Assembly (NCBI GenBank): GCA_051362555.1
Contig: CM120644.1
Location: 4,472,954 to 4,536,953 of the forward strand
Reading direction: 5' to 3'
Length of the DNA stretch: 64,000 bases
Source of the DNA: Lingula anatina
Taxonomy: Eukaryota > Animalia > Brachiopoda
Shown here: in pieces, positions 52,850 through 64,000 of the stretch
Layout: every line of letters starts with the position of its first letter
Numbering within the stretch: position 1 is the first letter of the stretch
Translations under genes and position numbers: made by a program
The notes under the pieces: model-generated
What the model was told of the DNA's origin: nothing
Database searches by the model: none
What the model saw: the letters and a program-made list of their open reading frames with translations, nothing else

Positions 52850-54915
52850 CATGGTCAGCTTAATGATGAATCTTCTAAAAGTTGAACTTATATATGGTAT
52901 CATCCAAAATCAAACAATTATTTTACAGGATAAAGCTCTGTTTGTTTGTGAAAATTGCCCATATCACCCTGTTAGTTAAGAGGGTTAAGCTGGGTCAAGT
53001 CCGTGTCAAAATTCTTTAGAGCTTTGCAGGAAATATTTTTTTGTTTCTCTGGCTCCTGATAAAGCCCGTTGTCCAGATTTTATCTAGTGTCCCCAGGTCT
53101 GCTGGAGCTGCTCTTTGAAAATAACACAGGTAGATTTTTATCTGAGATAAATCTCGCCAGCGAGTGTGCATTCGACACACTTAAGACAAAGGCTACCTGA
53201 GAGTTGAAGGGCATCCAAACCTCCAATTAAGAGGCAAAGGAAGATAGGACTTCTGGAGGTAGCTAGTATTGTTTATTTACCTCAGTTCTGTGAAAGCAAA
53301 CGAGACGGGGGGCGTCAGAACAATGGTGCGTATACGATTCATACAGAAGATTTGTACATTCAGGTGACTCTAACTTGCAATCGAAGAGGATTTTCGATTA
53401 TTTTTCGTGAAAAATACACTAAATTTATAGAGAAAAATATCATGATTGGCTCAAAAAATTGTACGCACAGTGCATCCGTGCGTATGCCTACAGGTAGTTA
53501 TGCCCATGCAGACAACATTGCAATTTCGCATTTTTCGTAGATCTGTATCTAGGCGCACCCAATCACAATGAAGACTGCGTAATGACGAGGTCAGTTAAAG
53601 CTCTAGCAATCCAGAAAAAAAAGCAAATTTCCTCGCTGATGATGCATAAGTATGACAACTAGACCTGACTTGAGTGAAGTTCCATAACATTAATTATCCT
53701 AATCATGTATTTATTTTCCTGCGGTGCATGTATGCTTCTGGGGTGGTGTGAGTACTTTTTATTTTATTTGTTTATTATTTTTATTTAGCTAAGGCATTAG
53801 TGAGGTACTACATGCAAACCCATCTCAACTGTATCCTGTTCAAAGCTCTAGTGTTGGACAATACCACACTGGAATAACCCCTTACCACACATTTTCACTG
53901 ATATTTCCCCACTAAAATAATATTTCGCATCACTCAATTTTAACAATGATCTTCACGGTACTCACTCCAGTAAAATCTCCCCTTTACTTATACACACCCC
54001 AAAACTAATAAAAGATATACCCGCGGTAGAAGTCAACACTATTAATTTCCAAATTAATAAAAAATATCATTCAATAATGTCCACCAACATGAAAACCAAC
54101 ACCAAATCCGTTTATTGTCTAATAAGCTACAAAAACACAAGTTCAATACACAAAAATATATGTACCTCTGCAAGATATATGCCACAGGTGAAATTGAAAT
54201 CCAGTCAGATTTAAAATTGGCCTAGGTCAAATTAAAACTTCAATTCTGCCTAAATTAAGATCTGATCACATTTTAAGTGTGGTTAAAATTCAGCATAAAT
54301 ATTAAGGGAATATCATCATAATTATAGTTTAATACATTATATGCTGAATTTTTCTCATTTACTGGCAAATTTAAGATTATAGGAAGCATAATGTCTAATT
54401 CGCAACAGCCTAAATGTCATTACTTATTTTGATAATTATCTTAATCATTATCTTAATTGTTAGAGGTAGGTATGACATTGCTTTAGTGTTAATTTAGTAA
54501 ATGAGTTTAAAGGGGTGATTAGGCCATTTCTCGACCTCTGATTCTCGGGCAGTTTACACGCTCAATGTACATTGTGAAACCTCCAGCTCGTATCGAAGTG
54601 TTTTAGAAGAAACAGCTACAGTGGATAATCATCCAACTTCACACAAGCGAGACACTTGTGATCAAACATGAAACGAATAAAACAAGCCAAGATGGCTTGT
54701 ATCATTAAAATGGCGGAACACCATTGACGAAAATCATCCAACAAAAAGGGGCTAACTTTATTTAGTGACCGAACCTCAGAGCGCTCCCCCCCAAGTTTGG
54801 CATCTTTTTCTCTCCCCTCTCCCTGGACTTGTAGCCGATGAAGGTCACTTTTGGGCTGAAAAGCGCACCCTGTAACCAGTCCACGGTCCCCCATCTCCTT
54901 AACAGGCAGGGCTAC

Positions 54916-55233
54916 CGGGCCTACCCAACTACCAGACTCTGCACCGAATGATCCTGAATTCACCGGTATATTGGACCACGCTACCCGTTTTCAAGGTGTG
55001 CGATAGTACGCGCTTCGAAGTTTGAGATGCGACACCTCTCTTGCCTAGTACGCGATGTGATAGTGATGATTCTCAGCGGGGTTGGAAAGTAATGCATCTC
55101 ATCTCAAAATTTGATCTGGGCTATGATACTGTGAAGTGCGTACTGACACACACCTTGAAAACGGGTAGTGTGGTCTGATCTACCGGTGAATTCGGGATCA
55201 TTCGGTGCCGAGTCTGGTAGTTGGGTAGGCCTG
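54916..55233. mobile_element. Foldback MITE with arms of about 100 nt, CAG-type end, apparent 5-bp TSD
   Basis: C(G/A)GGCCTACCCAACTACCAGACTC...CTACCCGTTTTCAAGGTGTG is mirrored at the right end; flanks GCTAC / ACTAC. Confidence 0.8.
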
Positions 55234-55621
55234 ACTACTGTACTGCAGTGTTTACCTCGGTCCACAATTAGAGGCGAGGCACCTGAATCGCATTTGTCAA
55301 TGATACCTTACTGTTCTACAATTATTTCTGATGACAAAAAATTGCAACATTCTTCATATATATATATATATGGTTTAAGTTATTCTGACACGATTTATCT
55401 GACAACACCATCAACTGTAAATTCAATATCATATATTCCCACCTCTAACGATTAAGATTATTTTCAGCATGTACTAGTGCCAAAATAGTCATAAAATCTA
55501 AGCTTATGTTGAATTAAACATTATGCTTCCTATAATCTCGACTTTGCTAATTAATGATCATCAAAAGATAAAAACACAGCTATAATGTGTTTTTACTATT
55601 TTTACATTGATATTCACTTAA

Positions 55622-55927
55622 GGGATAATAACTCTTCGTGTGAGGTCTATATTTCACAACAAAAACATTGTGAATAACTCATAGAAATATAATATATTCT
55701 ATTTTACGACAAAACAGCAGTAATAGCTATTATTCTGATATCTGAGCTTGTCTTCAGACCACGTGGCCTCCATTTTAACAAAAAAAAAACAAACTTTTTA
55801 GAAAAAAAAAAAACAGAGACTAACTTTGAATGTGAAAATGGATTCATTAACCATTGGTAAGTATGGGAAAATTGTTGTTTACTCCAGGAAATTCATTTTT
55901 TGGTCAAAACAAAGAGTCATTATCCCT
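55622..55927. mobile_element. Kolobok-type MITE
   Basis: TIR AGGGATAAT(A/G)ACTCTT with TTAA duplicated on both sides. The homologous empty site is visible at about 54300. Confidence 0.8.
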
Positions 55928-56280
55928 TTAATATTTTTCATGTTTCTTCTGTCAAACTGAAATTACCATCTTATCTAATCAGATTTTAATATTGCCTGGT
56001 CAAATTGTCAGATTTTAAGGATATTGTACCCTTATTTTTATCCAGATACCGGATTTCCTGCATCTAAATATTCAATAATGCATATATCTTTGTGCTGATT
56101 TAAAGCAATGATAAAAAAATCATTTTAATATTTTAATATTGCTTAGTCAGATTTTAAAGCTCCCTCCGGATATAAACATACAAGTCAAATAAAGATTTAA
56201 GCATAAAAGATGAAATTTATATAATTATGTTAATAATTCACACACTGCATACACATGATCCCACCCCCCAAATAAAAAAA

Positions 56281-56473
56281 TCCCTGTGGGGAGTCTCACT
56301 AGATTACTGTCAGCTTAGCCGGCTTAAGCGTCTGTCCCGCCTACTAAAAGCTGTAAGGGGGTAATTAACTATGGTGCGCGCTCGGCTGACTGCAATTTAG
56401 CGTGAACCCCCAGGGAGTTAGGTCGATCTAAATCTTAAGCCCTGGATCGATCTAAATCTCTGGGAATGCACCC
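56281..56473 (+). mobile_element. Tourist-like MITE family, copy C (left end missing or decayed)
   Basis: GGGGAGTCTCACTAGATTACTGTCAG...TTTAGCGTGAACCCCCAGGGAGTTAGGTCGATC is shared with copy A. Confidence 0.75.
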
Positions 56474-56574
56474 TTGGTCGCTTTGCAGTAAAGTTATGTT
56501 ATGCACACTTACAAACGTCGCGAAAAAAATGTCCATTTTTCAGACAGATTCGGGATTTTCCTGATTTTTGCTGT

Positions 56575-57061
56575 GATTGCTCCCCACACTTCACCAATCA
56601 TATGAGGGTTGTTCTGGTACAAATTGTCTTTGAGATCCCCCCACAGAAAAAATAGTGGGAGTGTGAGCAGGGAGTGTGGTGCTGAGTGGGTACGGCATTT
56701 ACTGGATTTGAACCCCCCAGATTTTTATCTGTGGAGGTATCTCAAAAACAAAGTGTGCCAGAACAACCCTCAAATGATGGATGAACTGTGGTGGCATTCA
56801 CAGCAAATTAAGGGAAATACTGAAGGAGGAATGTGTTTGAGAAACTGACATTTTTTTTCGCAACGTATACAAGTGTGAATTCAATGTCTCGGAAGCCATT
56901 TGGAGTATATTATTAAAAAGAACATAATTTTCATGCAGTGACCAAGATAACTGAAAATTTGGTAATGATCATACACATACTGTAGTTTAAGTCCAGCAAA
57001 TTTCTATAAATCTGAAGGACCTTTGTAGGTTTTAACATTTTTTGGGGGGGGTCACCCTGTA
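56575..57061 (+). mobile_element. Decayed Tc1/mariner (maT/DD37D-like) transposase C-terminus and right end
   Basis: EWVRHLLDLNPPDFYLWRYLKNKVCQNNPQMMDEL matches WP..SPDLNP.DF.LWGYLK.KVY...P.T.DEL; the element ends CACCCTG-TA. Confidence 0.8.
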
Positions 57062-57526
57062 TATTCTAACATATTTGACCTGGTTAATATATTTGAAGGT
57101 ATTACCAAAACATCAAAACTAATATGTCTCTAAAATGTTATTCTATATGTGCGTATGTTCATGTGCACTATTATTACTGCAGCAGCCAAATACATATTAT
57201 CAATATAAATTCCACTCAAACTTCTATAAAAAGTACAAACTGGATTATTTGATGGAAAATAATTCTTATACAAGTCACAACCGAACTCTACCACAGTGCC
57301 AAAATGACCTCAGTAATATAATTCAGTGTTCTGTCCTACCACCTTCATGTAACCAAACACTTAGTATATATATAGACATACCCTCTACCAGGGCCCCAGA
57401 TTGGTTTTTTTCGCTTGATATTCACAGATAATGTCTCTGGCTAAATATGGTCAATCTTCTACCCGTGACTCTGTGTTGAACTCTCTAGATTGACAACATG
57501 GCTGGTAATCGTTTGCATAACTACTG

Positions 57527-58203
57527 GGGCCGGTTTCACAAAGCAGTAGTTAGTTAGCGATCGGTAGTTAGCCTCTCGCTAGTTATAGTGCCGTTTCACG
57601 AAGCAGTCGCTAGTTCTCTCGCTCGTTATTGTCTCGTTGTTGCCTTGGATATTTAACGACTGGTCAGACCAGTCGCTAACTCTAGAGTTTCATCGTACGC
57701 ATGCGTAATGAGTGAAATAAAAAGGTTGCTTAGTTACCGTTGTCTGTCGTTTGTCTTTGTATCCAATATGGCGGCTACTTTTCTTGCTATCCGTACCGCC
57801 AGACGGCAACGTAGACTACGGCGTTTTCATGAAAGGCAGAATATACACACGATGATGCAATTTACGAGAGGTTGCGCCTAGCTGTGACAAAAAGAGCGGC
57901 AAAAAGGTGGTGGAGATCCTTTACGACGACCTCAAAGCAGATGTTCTTATGCATTTCCAGCCACCAAAAATTGGAGAGTTAGCGCTTTCGTGACACTTTT
58001 ACGCAAGAGTTCCACTTCCGGCAGACGGTTTCGAGACTACGGTGAGTAACGAGAGAACTAACGACCGAACTTTACGACTGAACTTAGCGATGAGTTAACT
58101 ACTGCTTCGTGAAACACCCCTCGAAAATCGCTAAGTTTGCTCGTTAGCGAGGTAGTTCAGTAGTTAGTTGTTCTAACTAACTACTGCTTTGTGAAACCGG
58201 CCC
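57527..58203 (+). mobile_element. Internally deleted Harbinger transposon with a transposase 5' remnant
   Basis: TIR GGGCCGGTTTCACAAAGCAGTAGTTAGTTAG flanked by CTG/CAG (CWG target). ATG 57768 gives MAATFLAIRTARRQRRLRRFHERQN, followed by frameshifted DDAIYERLRL and FYA..FRQTV, resembling the HARBI1-type transposase N-terminus. Confidence 0.8.
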
Positions 58204-60928
58204 CAGCAATTGCCACTTAACTATGTACTACTGCTTAGTTCCCCTGGCAACAATTAAGACAGTTAAGTGCTCTGAATTTAATCATTTGCTCCTCTGCGAC
58301 AGATAAAATAACACCTTCTGACCAGCCTGTTACTTCACATTCAAGTTAACTGAGATATCTCCTGAAGTAGCTTCCTACATAGTGGGTACAATGCCATCTG
58401 ATTTAAATGCTTCCATCTGGCGTAAAAGTTACAGGGTGGCAGAGAAACAAATGATCGCCTATTTATCTAAAGATATGTCTGTGAAAATCTTGTGACAATC
58501 CAATATGTCGCCCTAATCGAAGGAAGCATAACCATATTGTCTGCAAACAAACCCACTGTTAAATCAGCAATACCCTTTTCAGGTGATTGTAAAAATACAC
58601 AGAACAAGGCTAATTTACCAAAAATTACATTTTGACAATTAACGTGGCAATAATCCGACCAAATAAACTGATCAGTCCCTACATCCACAACCGCTCTATA
58701 TTTATACAATAAAGAGTCATTAGACAAGCTATTTTCCCTAAGCAATTCTTAGGGCGTATTCAGGTTGTTTCCATTTAAAACAACTTGACCAACATAAAAC
58801 GCCAAAATCCCTTCTCTCATGTTAACTCCCATGCATTTTTTTCTGATGCAAATCCAGGTCACTTCCATATACATGCACACGTAACATATCCAAATCAAAA
58901 TCAACCCCCCTCCTTTAAAGCATTATTTGAAGGCAAGTGTAAGGTTGTAAATGAGAAGGTCTTCAAATTCTGTGCAAAACATGTAGCATCGCATATATCT
59001 AGTACACAAACTTTCGTAGGATGAAAATGCACCCTGTCCGCAGTCAGGAATCGAAATATGTAAACATATGGTGTTGGAGTTCAACAACACCCCACATGAT
59101 CAAGAGAACTTCAGACCTTCTCACACACACCCACAGCGTGAAAAAAATCCCAAGGTCTTCAATGTCCCTTGGGTCAACTGTAAGAGTTTCGACCATCGTC
59201 TTTTATCTTTGACAATGGTGAATTTCACTCAATGTTTCTTCAGAGTGTGCTCCGGCGCAGAGTGTGCACACTCTTGCAAACACAACACCCATTAACGGTA
59301 CAACACTACTAAGATAATATATATATAGACCAGTATATATACAGACTTGACATTTAATATGGAATATTTCAGTTTCGAATGTACGCCTAGGTGAAAATGC
59401 GTTTTTTTTCACAAACTCCGATCATACATAAGATATGTGAATGGAGAAGTGCGTAGTCAGGTGTGTCGCTACCAATTAACTGATTACCAGGTTTGTTGCG
59501 CTGCTGCATTATGTAATATGCAGTGATTTAATTGGGTAGTGCTCCTTTGGGCAGATCAAAGCTAGGCTTTGGTAAAGCATGGTCCTGGCAATAAAGTATC
59601 CATACGTCGGCAACTACTGCATAGAAGAATTTGAAATTTTGCATGAAAGAATTTGAGCTATGCAGTGCTTTACAAAATTGTTAATCTGTGGCAGAATGGT
59701 GCGAAAAAGGTAATTGCGCCAAACGAAACGGTCCGCACAGTTTTACAGAGTAATGCCCAGACTGATGTACCTACACAGAGGCCACACCCAATGTATTGAA
59801 ATCTTACCACCAGGGTATAGGACCCATTGTCTTCCGGGATATGCTGTTGCAACTAAACAAAAACCACCAAATCCGTTCAGAATGAGGGGTAAATTACCAC
59901 CAAAACGCATTTCTCAAGGCCCTTTACGAACACCAAACTACAATTCAGAGAATTAATAGTATTTATGTAGCAAATGGTTTGTTTTAGTGGTGCTATTAAC
60001 TTTTTGATAATACATCAACGTTTTGTTTGGGTCTTGTGTCTGCACATTTTGACCTTAAGTAGTTGACCAAGACAAGGTGATAACAGATGTCCAGGGTTAA
60101 GGAATGTCTTAGCTGCTGTGTATCAAGGCACACACAAGTATATTCTATGAAAGATGTTTTGGAGATTATTCCATCGAGCTGCATTCAGTTAGAAGTCATT
60201 CAGCTTTGTAGCTGCGGATATATTTACCCGCAGTTTTAGCAGCTACACTGTATTATTACTTACGTTTCTTTATTGTTATTTGTACACCCTCCACCCTCCC
60301 CTACCACCTGCCTTCATCCTTGTGGTGTTTTTAACACTTAGACTCATTTACTTTCAAGCGGCACCTGTGTGACATAATTAAGGGGGGCACCTATTTGAAC
60401 AGTGCCACTTTGCCTCTGGAAGGCCTGCTAATCAGAGGCATATGAGTTCAGTTATTCAGGAGACAGTTAATGCTCTCCCTCACTTTTCTGGTAAAATTCA
60501 CAACATTAAGAAGTGCATTATTCAGGAGTAAAAATTTTGAGGTGATGTTTGGTAAACTTACTTAAACCCCCCCCCCCAATATTTTTTTTCTCTTTTCATG
60601 ACTACTGAAGCAGATTTGAGCATTGGCTCAATGTAACATGGTTGTATTTATGCTTGTTAGCTATAACTCATTTGGTACATTAATTAGTCATTTCAGTTTA
60701 TCTGGTTATCATTTGTTTATTGATATATATCATACATGTGAGATTATTACTTTAAAACTATAGTTAGGTAAATGTACTATGCAAGGCATATGAGGCAGTA
60801 CGTAGGCCAAGAGAGACAACTCTATGATTGGGCTGTCAGAACAATGAGGAAACCTACGTCCCCGTCCTAAAAAGGTAGGGGTTGCGTAGCTCGCTCTCAG
60901 CCTAGGCCGGCTTTAGAATGTGCTTTTT

Positions 60929-61077
60929 GCCTTTTATTTTCATTTGCGCCAACCATTTGCGCCAACTTTTTGCTCCTATAGCTGTTGTGATTTCTCATAT
61001 TTTTCATAAGCCTTTTATTTTCATTTGCGCCAACTTTTTGCTCCTATAGCTGTTGTGATTTCTCATATTTTTCATAA
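60929..61077. repeat. Perfect 68-nt tandem duplication, with an extra 13-nt duplication in the first unit
   Basis: GCCTTTTATTTTCATTTGCGCCAAC...TTTTTCATAA starts at both 60929 and 61010. Confidence 0.9.
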
Positions 61078-61289
61078 TTAATCCTGGTTACATTTCATTA
61101 ACATACTTTATTATTTTCATATTTAGCACTTATATAGTTTGGGGGATGTTTATTATCTCCCCAGTTTTGTAACTTTGTATCTTATTAGTTTTCGTCATTA
61201 ATAAATGACAATTTCAGTCATATGGACTTATCCTACTTAATTTGGAGCAAAAACAGAGCTTCGTTGTGCTTGTGAACATTTGGCTACAT

Positions 61290-61900
61290 AAAACTGGTTT
61301 TAGCAGGTTAGAATACCAGACGACCTCCGAGGAACCCACTGTAAACAACAAAACATCGTTGTATGTTTCTCTATTGAATTGGGGACCTTGGCTGTTTCTG
61401 GGTTGAACACTGAAATCTCGCGGCTTTCTTTATTGAGGTCAGATTTCACCTGTACCGCTCAACAGTCAAAACAGAGTTTACAGACATCCAGAAGAGGCCA
61501 ACGACGAAGCGTGTGCCTCGTCTTAAGTGACTAAGGTCATTAACAGCGTCAGTATTTGGAATGGATACCACATTGGTGCCAAAACACCAATGGTAGTCAT
61601 CGACGAAAACCTGAACCAGATCAAATAAAGAAATAATCTGGGAACCACTTGGCTATAATTTGATAGGGGACAACTTAAGAACAATTTTAGATTGCACGGT
61701 GAGATTGCCGGTTCACACAGAGCACTTTTAATAGCAGTTTACTTACAGAACCAAGGGAATGAGCAGCTACCTTGGTCATCAAGTAGCAAGGAATGCCTTG
61801 CTACTTGAGAGCGTTGGTAGCAGTCAGAAGAAGTCAGGCGTAACAGCGACCGTTACTGTGACTAGAAACTGACATGAGGGTCTTTTGTGGAGCGTTTCAC
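61290..61900 (+). mobile_element. Heavily decayed Tc1 (DD34E-type) transposase remnant
   Basis: Fragments in the expected order across frameshifts: F.E.RF.L, RVYRHPEE, SVSIWNG, PMVVIDENLNQIK, HRALLIAVYLQNQGNEQLPWSS. Confidence 0.65.
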
Positions 61901-62165
61901 TCTTTTACAGACAATAATTTGGAAAATATGGAGGTCCAAAATATCCATTTTAATGGTTGTTGTATGACATAGAATAGGCAATGTGTTTTTGTTTGCTTCT
62001 CTGGCGAATTCCATTGATGAACTGATGTCACAATGACATCGAATAGATTATCAAAAGTTATTAAAACACGATTTTAATCCTTATTTTCATTTATCAGTCT
62101 GCAAAATAGAAACAAAAACTGATGAAAAATGATTTCGAAAAAAATATTCCATATTAAATGTCAAG

Positions 62166-62226
<61 letters not shown>

Positions 62227-62482
62227 TGGTCTATACACTGAAATGGTTAGTACATCAACTTTACACTATCTGGTAGGCTAAAGTTCAATACCAACAACTC
62301 ACGATACAGAAAAACGCATGTTAACACTTCGCCCACTTTCTTTTTAAAATATTCGATACACAGCATCACTGGTGTGTACAGAAATATACAAGATATAAAG
62401 CAAAACATCCACAAAAGCATTTCATTAATATATGGCATATATTCCCTGTTATCCTGAAAGCCACTCTAAGCCATATCACTAA

Positions 62483-62925
62483 GGGACCATTCCCACAGAT
62501 ATTTTGATAGATTTATGTCCGTGGGGAGTCTCACTAAATTGCTGTCAACTTGACCAGCTTAAATGTCCGTCACGCCTAGTAATTCCCGCACGAAAATGCA
62601 TTAGTATCAAAGTAGCAAAGAAGCATCAACGCAGTAGTGGTGTGGAGCACAACTGCAGTAAAAATGCAGTATGGCCTACTGTAATTCTACTCCAAAAAGT
62701 ACAAAGGTTTGTACAGAGAGCAGCATTAATGCAGTAGATTAGCAGCATGATAGAAGCATGTTTCAAATATGCTAATTAGCTCCCAAATCGAACCAGATTT
62801 GAGGCATGTTTGCAGTATGATTGCAGTAGTCTACTGCACTGGAGTATCTACTGCGTTTTCGTGCGGGAAAGCTGTTAGGGGAGTAATTAACTTTACCTCC
62901 TAGCTGGATCGGTCAAACTCTGCAC
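62483..62925 (+). mobile_element. Tourist-like MITE family, copy D, interrupted by a nested insertion
   Basis: Begins TAA-GGGACCATTCCCACAGAT and contains GGGGAGTCTCACTA. Homology stops at about 62582 and resumes at about 62870 (AGCTGTTAGGGGAGTAATTAACTTT). Confidence 0.7.
62583..62869. mobile_element. Short TIR element with GCAGTA subterminal repeats (possibly CMC/EnSpm-like), nested in MITE copy D
   Basis: TIR TTCCCGCACGAAAA(T/C)GCA at both ends and many GCAGTA/TACTGC motifs inside. The TSD is not clear. Confidence 0.7.
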
Positions 62926-63201
62926 GGATTCTCGCTATTTAAGTGCTTTCAGTGTAATCAGCTTAATTGTCTGGCACGCCCACACGAGTGCATGTAAATA
63001 GGGGTAATTGACTATCGTTAATTATCCCCTAGCATTTTGAATAGGCATGGCAACATTTTGACAGCTTTCAGTGTATGCAGTTTAGCAAGAATCGGTGTAG
63101 AGTTAGATCGAACCAGTTAATACAATGTGTTAATGGGAACGCTCCCTTAGCAATATCACTAAAACAGAGTCTCATGCTCTCTCCACACCTCTTGTTGGGG
63201 T

Positions 63202-63249
<48 letters not shown>

Positions 63250-63284
63250 CTTATAAAATCGTTCAATGTTATAAGCATTGAATA

Positions 63285-63339
63285 CGTGTAGAAATACGCT
63301 GACCTCCTTGTCTACGCATATTTCACAGATCCTTTTTTC
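63285..63339 (-). pseudogene. Out-of-frame, truncated start of an IAP RING finger
   Basis: The -1 frame relative to the UBA ORF reads EKRICEICVDKEVSVFLH (compare cIAP [22 protein letters not shown]). PCGH and the later cysteines are absent. Confidence 0.65.
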
Positions 63340-63535
63340 TTTTGTGATTTTGCTTCTTCATACTTAAGAATGGCTTCAACCAGACTGCGCGCATTTGGAA
63401 AATCATCTCCTGTCTTCCGCAATCTCTCTTCTATAACAGCCCATGCTGCGTTATAGGAGTAACCCTTGTTGATTACCATCTGCACCATAGGCGTGTCCAT
63501 CCTGGCCTTGACCTCCCCATCTTCGGGCTGTTCAA
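63312..63535 (-). CDS. Inhibitor-of-apoptosis (IAP/BIRC) UBA-domain exon; upstream exons lie beyond the window; truncated or pseudogenised C-terminus
   Basis: Acceptor TTTTCTGTATTATTAG|, then EVKARMDTPMVQMVINKGYSYNAAWAVIEERLRKTGDDFPNARSLVEAIL, which matches the cIAP/XIAP-type UBA pattern (M.TP.V..V..MG......I..RL...G..F.....LV..L). Confidence 0.8.
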
Positions 63536-64000
63536 CTAATAATACAGAAAATCTGTTGAGACATTTAATCCATGACGATCTTTACACAACTTATACATAC
63601 TGTTGTAAAACACTGGATTTTAAGACAAACCTATCATCATTATTACTGTGGGAGTACCAGTAATGCAACACATTTCGGTTAAATGGTAAATTAATGTGGA
63701 ATTTCACGTTAGCTTGATTTTTAATCATCTGAAAACTCTTCACAATATTGAAAAAAAAACGCATTGCACAATGGTCGGGTTTGGTACGATTTTTTTTTCA
63801 AGGTTTTTTAAGGACTCCTTAACATCGTTATAATTGCAGCAAATAAAACACCAAGTAAGATATGGGCATATCAGATCACATACATGCACAAATTGCACAT
63901 GACAATGATCTACAGCCTCCCTTGATGCCCTTATCGCACTGTCGGTCGATGCAGCGAGTTTTTAGTAAATGGGCAAAAATTAAGCACAATTTTGTCCTCA

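Larger units (their letters stand above)
54245..56000. repeat. Old AT-rich inverted repeat (arms about 54245-54492 and 55411-56000) enclosing younger insertions
   Basis: GATTATAGGAAGCATAATGT (about 54375) pairs with ACATTATGCTTCCTATAATC (about 55518); TCTTAATTGTTAGAGGT pairs with ACCTCTAACGATTAAGA. Confidence 0.7.

Noticed and set aside
62119-62142. Hammerhead-like CTGATGA...CGAAA core (similar partial cores at 10643, 51597 and minus-strand 16213)
   Set aside because: Stem II lacks the closing pair and I found no stems I and III with a cleavage triplet.
63328-63345. Programmed -1 ribosomal frameshift into the IAP RING
   Set aside because: There is no canonical slippery heptamer in the correct frame, and the downstream RING is incomplete, so a shift would not yield a functional domain.

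Overview
AT-rich, intron-containing eukaryotic DNA from an invertebrate. The IAP UBA sequence and repeat types suggest a lophotrochozoan, probably a mollusc (inference). Recognisable genes: an intronless Cdk5 activator (p35/CDK5R family, minus strand, 9081-9965); a Paraxis/Scleraxis (TCF15-type) bHLH gene (plus strand, exon 28534-29031, probable last exon 36164-36229); two identical tRNA-Lys(CTT) genes; and an IAP/BIRC UBA exon at the right edge whose RING start is frameshifted and truncated. The most novel item is a three-exon minus-strand gene the ORF track cannot show whole (50275-50092, 40860-40690, 40438-40434). It encodes a 119-aa secreted precursor with a C-x3-C-x3-C-x13-C-x2-C-x3-C domain that I cannot assign to a family, and both tRNAs lie in its first intron. 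The remainder is intergenic or intronic DNA with many short DNA transposons (Harbinger-type MITEs, CAG-ended elements with 5-bp TSDs, a Kolobok-type MITE, nested insertions), decayed Tc1/mariner, Penelope and RTE fragments, microsatellites and CpG-rich candidate enhancers. There are no CRISPR arrays, rRNA genes or prokaryote-like operons. All calls were made by eye; no database searches were run.
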